Assembly (NCBI GenBank): GCA_051294905.1
Contig: CM119372.1
Coordinates: 10,480,001-10,544,000 of the forward strand
Reading direction: 5' to 3'
From: Botryllus schlosseri
Lineage: Eukaryota
Length of the DNA stretch: 64,000 nucleotides
The notes beneath the pieces were generated by a model. It made no database searches and was not told the origin of the DNA. It saw only the letters and a program-made list of their open reading frames with translations. A program made the translations under genes and the position numbers. How positions within the stretch are numbered: position 1 is the stretch's first letter; each line of letters starts with the position of its first letter. This document shows, in pieces, positions 48,090 to 59,700 of this stretch.

Positions 48090-50477
48090 GGGTCAGTTCA
48101 TGCCAGGTGGTCTAGAAAAATTTCAAAATATGCCCCCACCTTCTCACATTGTCATGAAAATTGGTATGCTTGGGAAACTTTTCTTTCTGATTTCAGAAAA
48201 ACAAATTTTATGAAAATCGATCCAGTACAACCGAAGATATGGCCGTTCAAAAATTGCTGTTTTTGTGATCGCTAAAGCGGAAAAAAATGACAGAAATTTA
48301 CACGTGCAATTGAAATTTGCTATATTTTGGTCAAATTTGGGTTGTTGAGGGTGACACTTTCACACTTGTTCATTTACATCCTACTTGATACTTTGCCCTC
48401 TTCTTTGACACCTGGGGTTGCATAGTCTGACCTTTAGCCCCATGATTCTGTTCGCATCTTCGAAAATCGCTCACGCGTGACGTCATTTTTAATTGCAAAT
48501 TTCTTATGACTAAGAGGTGGTGTCATCAAGTGTAAGGTGTCATTGGAAAGCTCCTGATAAGGACTTTCAGAATCAACTATTACATTCCTCGCTATAGAAT
48601 CATTACATACCATGAGAGTGTCATGAAACTAACCTACAAATAACATGTTTTAATTGAAAATCTGACCTTTCTCAACATGACACAAACTCTGTGAAACAAC
48701 TAATTTTACTTTTATTCTATATACAGTACCTATTGTACTATACACAAGGTAGTCAGTATAACTCAGAACAGATAATTGCCGACATAAATTATGCTGGAAA
48801 TAATTTTTGAAAATTGGAGAAAAATTTGCTACACAGTTTGAGTTGAACACACACTCACAGTACTTCAAACATGAATCAGAATTCACAACTAACGCAATGA
48901 TAAGATGCAATATTTTATGTATTCTACACAATACATTTGGGCAACGATCAGCACTAAACAATGAAATGGACAATAACAATAAAAATCAATGTCAGCGGGT
49001 TGGTAGATTTCGTATTATGGTGAGATATCAACTATGCACTTGCAGATATCAGATATATATATTTATCTTTGATGATATGTCTTCCAAACTTCTTTGACTT
49101 TCAGTGTTGTTTATACACACTCTTTTTGATGCTAACTCGGTCTTTCAACGCCGGCATCATCCTGTTGTGTTTGCTGTTTCCAAAAAACTTCACAATTTTT
49201 TCAATTTTTTCATCTGAAAGCATATTCCCTTTTTGTGGTGGTGGCAAAGAATAACTCCAGTGTCTTGTTCTTGCTGTTTCGCATCTCTCACCAACCTTCC
49301 ACTTACTCCGAAAATTTCCGAGATTTTCATTCTTGACCAATTGTTAAGATTTGAATTTTTTGAGGTCTTGTTGAATTAGGGCTATTGTTTTTTCTTATAT
49401 TTTTGATAGGATATTTCAAAAGCAACTTCATTTTCATATTCGTATTTTCCCGTCCCAACAAATTCTTGAATCTCATCAACATGTAAAACCTTTGAAAGCT
49501 TTGTTTCAACAATGTTGAAATTCAAATCTTGTATTTTTCTTTTTCCTTATCTAATTTTTCGATTTCCAGAAAGAGAATGCAGCTTTACTGGAGATTCACC
49601 AACAGCATGAAGACACTGATATGTGCATTGTTAATATCTCACCATAACATGAAAACTACAATACATGAAACATTGCATCTTATCATTGCAATAGTTGTGA
49701 ATTCTGATTAATTTTGGAAGTATTGTGTGTTCACCTCAAACTGTGTAGCAAATTTTCTCCATTATTTTAAAAGTATCTCCCAAAATTATTTCCAGCATAA
49801 TTTATGTCGGCAATTATCTGTTCTGAGTTATACTGACTACCTTGTGTGTAGTACAATATGTACTGTATAGTGTATATAGAATAAAAGTAAAATTAGTTGT
49901 TTTACAGAGTTTGTGTCGTGTTAAGAAAGGTGAGATTTTCAATTAAAACATGTTATTTGCAGGTTAGTTTCATGGCACTCTTATGGCAAGTAATGATTCT
50001 ATAGCGAGGAATGTTATAGTTGATTTTGAAAGTCCTTGTCAAGACCTTTCCAATGACACCACCTCTTAGCCAAAAGATATTTGCAATTGAAAATGACGCC
50101 ACGCGTGAGCGATTTTTGAAGACATGAGCAGAATCACAGGGTTAAATGTCAGACTATGCAACCCCAGGAGTCAAAGTAGGGGGCAAAGTATCAAATAGGA
50201 TGTAAATGAACAAGTGTGAAAGTGTCATCCTCAACAACCCTAATTTGATCGAATTATGGCAAATTTAAGTTACATGTTTATATTTCTGACAATTTTTCCG
50301 CCTAAGCGATCACAAAAAAGGCAATTTTTGGACGGTCATACCTTCGGATTTAGTTGACCTTTTTTGTTGAAATTTGGATTTCTGAAATCAGAAAACAAAG
50401 CTCTGTAAGCATGCCAATTTTCATGATGTTTCGAGATAGTGGGGATATGGCCAGGACCAACTGATATGATATTACCC
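48090..50477. mobile_element. Sola2-like DNA transposon, internally deleted, TIRs of about 800 bp
   Basis: GGG...CCC termini, 4-bp TSD GGTT (48086-48089; 50478-50481), arms about 48090-48925 and 49660-50477 with mismatched outermost bases, transposase remnant inside. Confidence 0.78.
49075..49420 (-). pseudogene. Frameshifted Sola2-type transposase N-terminal fragment
   Basis: STRPQKIQILT then LPPPQKGNMLSDEKIEKIVKFFGNSKHNRMMPALKDRVSIKK, resembling from memory the KIQILT...SRxMPGKKDxVSV region of Sola2 transposases. Confidence 0.65.
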
Positions 50478-53049
50478 GGTTTTTATCCTTGAAATCTGGA
50501 TTTTTTCAACATCCAGTTCGCCAGGTCTGTTTTACGCTCAAAAATTAATTATTAGATTAGTATGGTCGCAATGTCGTAACATCCACGCACTTCAGTTCGC
50601 CATTGGCGATGGATTTTGCTGTTATTGTAACGAAAAAGTGTTGATAATCTATTTCACTACTAAAATAAGAGGCTTCTGCTTGATGCGATGGAGCTTTTAC
50701 GAATGGTAACTTCCAGGTCGCAGAAAGTCATGTTCATATAGGACGATTGAAAGTAGCGAACTCGGCACTTGGTGAACAATTCGGCATGTATCGATAAATA
50801 TCATGTAACTGTATGGTATGCACTGCACAAGCACATGAACAAACCAGGTGATGATCCGACTAATGTAATCCTATTGTTATCTGAGTATATATTTATAGTT
50901 CCAACAAGGACACTCAGAGAGAGAGAGAGCGAAAGAATTAGTTAGTTGGACACCCCTAGCAAGTTGATCAGAGGCATTGGTTACCAGCACATTCGAACCC
51001 TAACCCTGAATTTCATGATTTGGCAGTTACGGTATTTATTTTCACTATACATTGGTCTGTGATTATTCCAAATAAAAGTGATTGTCGTAGGATTGATTAA
51101 TCAATCGAAAGCTACTTTCAATCTGTCCAGGTCGCTGAAAATACATGAAATCATCCTTAGAAATAGGGAATGGATGGCATTGCATCGAACTTTCGCTGCG
51201 CGATGATATAATTGGTACCGGTACACTATTAAGTATTCACGCTGCGCCCCAATTGTTTCATTGCGATGTGTCGAGAGGAAAACAACATGTTTTTTGTGCG
51301 ATTCGCAGTGTTAACCAAGCAAAATATGTATTATGAACTGTTGTAAATTCAATATCAAAGGCTTCAATGACTGTATGAGTGTATTCGACGACTATCAGGC
51401 TCCACTTTAACAGTTATCTCGTGTCTTTTGAGTGAAATATAGAATCTGGGTTTTTCTGGGTTTATTTCGCCTCCACATCTGGGTTTTTCCGAAATATCCC
51501 AGTGGCATCTCTGACTGTCACAACAAGATTCACTAGCGAGCTCGCGAGTGAAACGCATCGGTAGCGTCTTGACTAGCGACCTTGCTAGCGACCCCGCTAG
51601 CGAAGGAGTGGAAGAAGAAACGAAGTAGCTAGCGAATTTCGGTACCGTGTGACCTACCCTTTAACTGGCCGGAATTGACCAAAATTTAGTGGGTAGCGTT
51701 TTTTAGGCAACCTGACATGCTATATCCACACTGTTCTATCAAACAGCAAGATTTTAATCCGAATTGAAAACTATGTTGGAGACCAAATTTACCAGATACA
51801 AAACAGAGTGCTCCTGCAATTTCTACTCTCCTCACTATGCGTGGAAAATCACCGGCATTCACAGGTCACAATACCTATGATAACGAGTCAAAAGGGTTTC
51901 TGACACGTTTGGATCGCAGCCTTCACTATCCAACCAATTGTCAGAAATCATGAGGGACTTTAATGTTAACCAATATTTATAATATGAAAAATTATCCACC
52001 CGGCAATGAAAAAGTAGGAAAGGACTGAATGTATATATGTAATGCATGTATGGTACGAATCTGGAGGCCCTTTGCAACATGTCTATTCATTCTTTGAAAC
52101 TATGTCCCTATTGAAAAACGTGACGCAATCTATGAGTTATTGAACAATGAACATGCAGACAGTTTTCAATAGCAAGTTAAAGGGGAATGGAATTTGGTAG
52201 AACGCACATGACGGCTACATGAGGTAACAAAATGCAGGAGCATTGACAACGGAAAATACCTAGTAATCGCGCTAAATTTTAACAATAAGGCTCGCTATCA
52301 CAGATTCTTAAATATGCTGATTATTACTTTGGCGTGCAGAGATCATCTATTTCCTAATCGCTGGATTGATCAATCCACAGATTGGCCGTAAATCTAGATT
52401 TTATCACTGGACTTTTAGGGCTTTTTTTCACCTTTTCATTGACCCCTTCGATGGTAGTCTGCGGACCCCCGAAGGATTCACGGACCTTAATTTAGGAATT
52501 CTGCTTTACACGTTTGTTTTGTCACTTCATAGAAACTCTCGCCAAGTCTTGTTGACATTTTTATCAAAATCTTTCATAAAAATCAATATTTTTAAAAGCC
52601 TTATTTTTGTCATTTGGTTACCAAAATGCCAGAAATAACACGGCCTGCTTATCTGTGTTGGGATTGAGTCACCGTTCCCAGTCACCTCAAATTTCGACTC
52701 ATTTCAATTTATTTCAAAATTTGTCAGGTCATGCAACTTTACTAAGTGACTCAAGCTAAGCCATCTCAAAATTTCCGATCTCAAGTCACCGAATATTTTC
52801 AGTTTGTGGCGATTGCCATGGTCGCCATTTTTGTGTGTAGCCTACTGTGTTAGGAAACACTTCTCGATGTGGTCCGTGTTTCGACTAAGTTTTTACTTTC
52901 TCACGATAGAACTTCCCTGATTTATATTTTGAATCTCTGTTGTAACTACAGGAAAGATCGTGGAATAAATTTCAAAATGATGTTCGAGTGGCTGATTCTG
53001 ATGGTATAACAGCTGCAAAACATTCATTTACTTGAATATTGTGGATAGC

Positions 53050-53530
53050 CTATAATAAATAATTATTGACGAGCTGACCTTCGACTAATACGTTTAATTG
53101 GTCAGGTTAACATATTTTTTCCATGATTTTCCAAGCAACCACAATTGTTGCTCTGATCGTGCCATGTTTATTGAGCTAGCCTTGAAGTATTTGGCCAACT
53201 GCCACCAATCAAAGTTTTTTTCCGGCAACTGATGTTTTATCCGTTTTCTTGTATGCAATAGATGATTTGATGTAAATGGATTAATTGAGCAAAATGATTT
53301 TAGGATGGAGTGAAGTCCACAGATAGGCTAAACTAATCTTTTCTGTCGTAGTTTGAATGCAATCATCTTGAAAACAATCTATAAAACCTGTAATAACATT
53401 ATGATCCGTCAATGAAGTGAAGCACGATTGAGTACCAGTACCGAAATATCGTCTACATACCATTTACACATCCTTACAACGAACTCCATATGAGAAAATC
53501 AATTCTATATTTCCCAACCACTACAAACCT
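53050..53530 (-). mobile_element. Possible L1/Tx1-like LINE fragment (end of APE domain and linker)
   Basis: Minus-strand pieces YRIDFLI, LTDH, DWWQLAKYFK; heavily decayed. Confidence 0.4.
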
Positions 53531-53561
53531 CCAAAAATCGGATGCAGATGTACCTTGATCC

Positions 53562-53849
53562 GGTCCGTGGACATATGAGCATGCGACATTACAGCATGCG
53601 AGACTTCGGCATGCGACAATTTGGCATGCGACACATGAGCATGTGGGTTAAATTAAGGGTTAGGGGTAGGTTAGGGTTGGATTTATGGTTGGGTTAGGGT
53701 TAGGCTTTAGGTTAGGTTAGGTTAGGCTATGTTTCGGGTTAGGGTAAGTTTTTGGGTTATACAGTCACATGCTGAAGTGACGCATGCTGATGTGTTACAT
53801 GCTGAACTGTCGTTTTCCATTGTGTCGCATGCTCATATGTCGGGCAACC
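53562..53849. mobile_element. MITE with GG...CC ends, subterminal GCATGCGAC repeats and a central telomere-like tract (MULE- or Merlin-like)
   Basis: GACATATGAGCATGCGACA / TGTCGCATGCTCATATGTC arms; flanking direct repeat CCTTGATCC at 53553-53561 and 53850-53858; TTAGGG/TTAGG tract at about 53655-53760. Confidence 0.8.
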
Positions 53850-56750
53850 CCTTGATCCGGCTGTCGATCCTGGTGCTAAGGAGTATTAAGAGGTAGAAGT
53901 CTAGCCGGTTCTGTCAGAATTTTACCAATTTACCTTTCTGGTCGCGAGAAGATCGAGCGATCCCCCTCTAAACGACTAAGCCGATATATATCACCGGATA
54001 TTTATGTATGTTGCTGAAAATGATGCTTACGGTATACTCCGTGCTAAATACTATGGGAATATCATTCAAGCGAAGGAAATTCATTGAAATGTTACATCAG
54101 GCTCTTGGTAGTGCTGAACTCATGCGAACAGACCAGAGAGTAGAATTAATTTTAGGAATGTAGAAGATCGACTTCCGAAACAGCTTCAAATTACAGCATT
54201 ACTCCAAAACTATCGCCCATTATGGGTGCTCGGAAACCCTGTTTATTTGCAATCACCCACATAACCCAAGACGTTTTCAGGCATGTGTGACACACAGATG
54301 TTGAGATGCGCGGAGCCTCAGCTAGTTCCACTAAAAGGATACTTAACAAATTTAAGCATGTTCGTTGTAATGATATTATATTGCCAGTCAAAGACGATAT
54401 GATAGTTTAATTAAAGGGGCACTGCAAAACATTAATGAAATACCTGCGGCGGCACCATATAGATATATTTATGCAGCTAGAGTGCAATGGTGATAACTTT
54501 ATTAACATATTAGCCGCAGTACCCTGACGGTGGCTTTCTGATAAAAGAAGGTCGGGGCCAAAATATTTTCCCGGTTTTATCTTTTAGTTTCAGATCACAT
54601 ATAGTTAGAGCGCAGCGCCTCTTTAAGGATGTGCCGCAGCCGTTTCGTCTGCAACGTCTGTGCTGATAGTACGAACCATATCGGAAACTTAATGGAAATG
54701 AAATCTACAAAAGAAAGGACTGATGTTTATGACGTGGTCTTTTATAGTGCAGCGGAGAGGTTCAGAATCTACAAGTCAATGATCCTTGCAAATTTCTCAT
54801 ACGTCGAGTCCAAGTCAAGCCATTTTAAGACATTTACTCCAGCCAAGTCAAGTCATAAAAAATGTGACTCAAGAAAAGTAATGATAGTTTGAATGCGATG
54901 GTTATATCTGCTGCTCTTGGACAAGCAGGTCGATGCAGGGAATTGCGTCAAGTACGGTGCAACCAAAATACGGTGCACCAACCGATGCGATCAAGTATTT
55001 CGATAATTTCGTTCGTCAAAGCTAATCTACTGCTGTAATAACCTTAAAATATACAAATTTATAGGTAGCTGAGTACTACGAAAGCTTACGAAAAGTTTAA
55101 TGCGGTTCGCTGGCAAAAAGGCCGGGCAACCTCGATTTCGATTGCCCAAATCTTCTACTTATACGTATAATATGTAACTGAATAGTGGACATTCTTTACT
55201 CATTTGTATATCCGATGAAGGCATAGCATCCACACGATAGCAGACATATGCCAATTACATCCCTTCATACGCTATCTAGCGAACTGGTCCCAAGCATAGT
55301 AAAACCAATTCATTTTCCCTTTGATCATTATTCACATTCTGGAAATAGAATTTCTTTCCGCTATTGTAAAGTATGTGGATTGAACGCCGTATTTTGTATT
55401 CTGGTCTGGTGGTGCCAAATTATAACTGATCTCTGAATAGTCCACGGACGACCCTATGACATATCGTCCATATTTATGGCATGTGTCCAACGTCATGTCG
55501 GTATTTTGTAGGGCAATGCCTTATAAAATTACAATGTCATATTTTGACTTCTGTCTTATTCTCAATGCTCACCACAAGTCACTATAGCCAAACGGACGAT
55601 ATGAACACCAATAGTTAAACCGCAACTGCCAATGAGGCCTTGATTAGGCGTGGGTCAACTTACCAAATTTCAAGTACGCTTACTCAGAAATTTTGGCTTG
55701 GCCGTAACTTTGATACATGAAGACGGCAACCCTGCATATAGCATACAAAACTGGGTTCGAATTATGGGGCCTGATGACACTCCCAAACCTGACCCAGTTC
55801 TGGTAAAATTTTACCAACAAATTGTTATAAGATCTTATGATAAGCATTTCGTTTCAGTCACATGGTCATGAGTGATATCTCAGGAGAGGCTATATGTTTC
55901 GGTACAATATATATTACATAGTCAGGGGCATAGACAGAACGGCGAGAAGCGCTTGTATCCTATCGTATACAAGACGGTTAAAAAGTAAAGCTAAAATAAT
56001 AAAAAATGGAAATACGGAAGGTTGTTAATGCAAACAAACGAGACCAAGGATGCAATATCTATCCATCTAACTAGATGTGTGGAGACGGGTATGAGCGAGA
56101 GTTTCTGTGGATGCAGGTAGAGTCAGGCAGTTATCAATGGAAACGTTTTCCTCTGGTGTAGATATTGGATTAACTCACTGTGACGCCATCGCAATGAAGT
56201 TGATATGTTATCGCGTATTTAAAAACTGCTGTGTCACTATGGTGTTCTATATACCTTGCGGAAATACGTTGTTGAGAATTAGCTCTTTGATGATGTTCTC
56301 ATCTCTTTGTGATGATGTTCGTGTTTAGAGTGGACGATACATAAAAGTTCGTGTTCAAATGACCCTTAATTTTCAGGGGTTCGCGTACATTTATATGCTT
56401 ATGTGTCCTTGTGTGCAAAATCGATGAATGACAGTTTTAGTATAGTTCGCTAACGATCAGCGCTTCTACTCGCATAGAAATAACCGCCGTTAATGTTGTT
56501 TACATTTGGCATCGTTGAAACAATGGCGTCTGTGATTTGTAGCCATGCCGTAGAATTTCATCACCAGGTTTGCGAGAAAGTCTCAAAAGTGATGACGGTT
56601 GAAACATTAACTTGCTTCGTTCGATATATACTTTTCCATTGTTTTACACGCCCGTTAAGCGTGTGGTGAGAATTGTTTGATTTCACTTATTCAAGAGTCT
56701 AGACATGTTTACCATTTGTTTCATTCCGGGTATCATTTTCCTTCCGCTAG

Positions 56751-59700
56751 GCAACGACGCCAGTATCGGTGTCACTCCTCACAGCGATGCTAAGCAAAGA
56801 ATCATAAAAGGCGAAGAAGCTTCGGCGATTACGAAAAGACCAGCTACCGCCGATAACAATAAGGGAAAACTTTCTACTAACAATAAATCTAAAGAGGCGT
56901 TACGAACAAGTCATACTCACAGCTCTGGTCGGAAGTCTAAGCCAGCAAAAGACCATGTTTCTGAACGTAAACAAAAGGCACGTTCGAAACAGCCATCGGA
57001 CGTTGACTCCAAGAGTAGTTCCACTGAGAATGAATGGGCAGTCACAGATTCTTATACTGACCAAGCTTTTGCAAACGACACCGCTATACCCGCAGTTTCA
57101 AATGTAGATTCTACAACCCAGAAAACGAGAGCATCTCGTCCTGTGAGCATTGTTGCTAGCAAAAAAACAGCACGCTTATCTTCAGTCGTCGTACGTTCGG
57201 TACCAAGCCCGATTACAGATAACGATCAAAATGCGAACAAGTTGAACGTTACGGGGAAATCATCGTCTCGCGTTTCTAACGGTGCGGGAGCACCGAGCGA
57301 AAACAGCGCACGCGACGCATCAAATATCAGACCGAAAACCTCGGGCCATCGTAAGTCTAGAAAATATGACGAGGAACTCAGACGGTCTGATTCGTCTTCT
57401 TCAAGAGCCGATAGTCCTTCAATTCGAAAGCGCTATTCCAGGGAAAAAGACAAGACTGCAAGTCGTCGTTTACATCGTCAGCTTCCAATAATACAGCGAA
57501 TCCGAGATCGCTGTCAAGCGGCAGCAAATGAATACGATAAGTCAGTTGAAGTCGATGAAAGATATCGTCCGAAGCAGTACACCGACAGACGCGTCTTTTC
57601 GGTGGGCTCGCAGAAATATAATACAATCAGCTATTCCAGACTCAGACTTGTTTACGACGCATCAATTTACTCGCCAATATCCTCCGATGAGGCTGATTTT
57701 GGATCTGCAACGAGCGCGAGCAGTGACGAAGGTTCTAGACGTCAGTCATCGAGAAAGACGCTTCACCGTCGTTCTGGTAGTACCACTAAAAGTCAACATC
57801 GTTCTGTATACGACGGACAGAGTCAGGATCTGCGTCATGCGAAGTTGCAACCTAGCATTACGGAAGATAAACCGAAATATCCCGTCAAACGTCTAGCTGT
57901 GCTTGATAAAAAGGACGAGCAATCTGCTAATGTTACGCCCAGCGTCCTCTTGAACAATCCGTCGGATTCTAGTCTTAAGGCAAACGTTGAGAATCTAGTC
58001 GTGAGTATAAGAAGGAAAAGTGGTAGGGATGTATCTTTCATTGATGATCAGAACTCTCACAGACGGACGCCCGTAAGACGTATAGAAAATACTGATCTTC
58101 ATTCAAGCTTTCGAAATAGACGCCGTTCGCACTCGCCCTCCGTCGCTCGATCAGTGTCGCCGCGCGCGCCGCGACACAGGTCTACTGGTAGGCGCCGCTC
58201 CCTTTCACCAATTACGACGCGACTCTCGCGGGAAAGAAGCAGTTCTTATTATCCCCCTCGTGATAGAAATCAAGCTTCTTTCCGGCCGTACATATATCCT
58301 CCATCGCATCCGGGTTTTTTGGCCTTGTCGCACGGACATTTTGACGCTAGCGAAGGCGGAAATGTGCGTAGAGTCACGCAAAACGCGGAAATGTGCTACT
58401 CCACAACACACCACAGTTATCAGACTCGCGTCAGTGAGCGTGAGAAGTTAGGTAACGTGGGTCATGGTCCCGGTTGGCGTAGCGGCAATGTGCCTATCCA
58501 GTCTATTGGTCGATCTTCATTTGTGGGAGTGAACGGCTTTAAAGAGTTTTCAGACCCGTTGGTTAGAAATGCTGCTGATATAATTTCAACATCAAATCAA
58601 TGCAGATCAAAAGTTGAAACTATTCGATACGACTCCATGCATCGTAATGGTTCTGCCTTAGAAGAAGACCAGGTCGTTATATTCAAAAATTATGATCCTA
58701 CTGAATGGCCGTTTCGTTCTAATGGCTCAGATACGTGCTCATCGGCAGAGGACGATGCCGGCACAGAGAATTTCACACTCGGTCAGATGACCGCCCAATT
58801 GCGAAAACGACAATCATACGGCAGTAACAGATCATCGTCCGACGAAATGATGAACTTAAATAGCAACACCGGTACGTTCGATATTTCAGTACCTGCAAGC
58901 ACACCGATTTCCACAGTAAACAGTCAGAATCCATGCATTGACAACAGGAAGTTAGAGTCCTCCGATGTGAACAAGGAACCGTACTGTGCACAAAATAAAA
59001 CTGTCCCCGATCCATCATCGTTGAGTCATCCGGCTTCGCAAGCGTTGAATGCATCCGTCGCCAATGCTGACACAATTACTGTTTCTGGCAGTGTCGAATA
59101 TCATGGTAGAAACGATTTTGATTTGCCGGCGAATGAGTATCCAATGAAAGCACGCGATAAAAGTAGCCCTCTGGTGGACTTGAATATTATTATGGACAGC
59201 CCCTGCGCTTACGAAGAAATACCCGTTACGACCGATCTCGATACAGCGCTACCTAATGAATCTAATCCGACGCAAAGCGGAAAAGCAGTGCCTTGTTTAC
59301 CCGTCACGAATGAAAAGCAGTGTTGCAAGTCAAGCAATGAAAACGTCTCTTCAGAAGACAGCGAAGGTGCTGAAGCTATAAGATTCGGCGAAGAGGAAAA
59401 TGGAATAGTTCTTGGCGCCACTATTACTATTGAAAGCGGTATGCCGCACGTTGCACCGCTGCCAGCGTCGAAGGGAAAAAATGATGCTACGTCATGGAAG
59501 AAGAAACTTCTTTATAAGGCCCAAAACGCAGTGAATTTCGGCGAAGCGGATGACAGTCCTATACTTACCAAAAGCACCGTGGCAGACCCCCTTACTAATA
59601 ATGAAATTGTAAAAGGAAAGGAATGTGTTCACGTTTCCACGACTCCCCAACCTCGTGTTAAACGGGCTGAAGTCGGTAAAGGGAGATTGTCTGGAAAAGC

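Larger units (their letters stand above)
48021..51513. mobile_element. CAGAGATGCCACT hAT MITE (inverted sibling of 18221-19014) with nested inserts
   Basis: CAGAGATGCCACT / AGTGGCATCTCTG; exact TSD ACTGTCAC at 48013-48020 and 51514-51521. Confidence 0.92.
47181..51660. mobile_element. PIF/Harbinger-type non-autonomous element (CTAGCGA repeats)
   Basis: AGCGTAGGCCACACG / CGTGTGACCTACCCT; 3-bp TTA on both sides; the uninterrupted site is visible in the host's left arm at about 45750-45765. Confidence 0.72.
45649..51717. mobile_element. Long-arm foldback element related to 6042-6647, right arm split by nested insertions and truncated
   Basis: Left arm about 45705-46105 mirrors 46865-47177 plus 51661-51717; left end resembles the 6042 element. 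Confidence 0.7.

Noticed and set aside
53655..53760. True telomere or chromosome-fusion site
   Set aside because: The tract is short, degenerate, in a single orientation and enclosed within a TIR/TSD-bounded element.
6019..56328. Most 60-150 aa ORFs in the track
   Set aside because: They fall inside MITEs or decayed LINEs, or are antisense/alternate frames of real exons, and show no recognisable domains.
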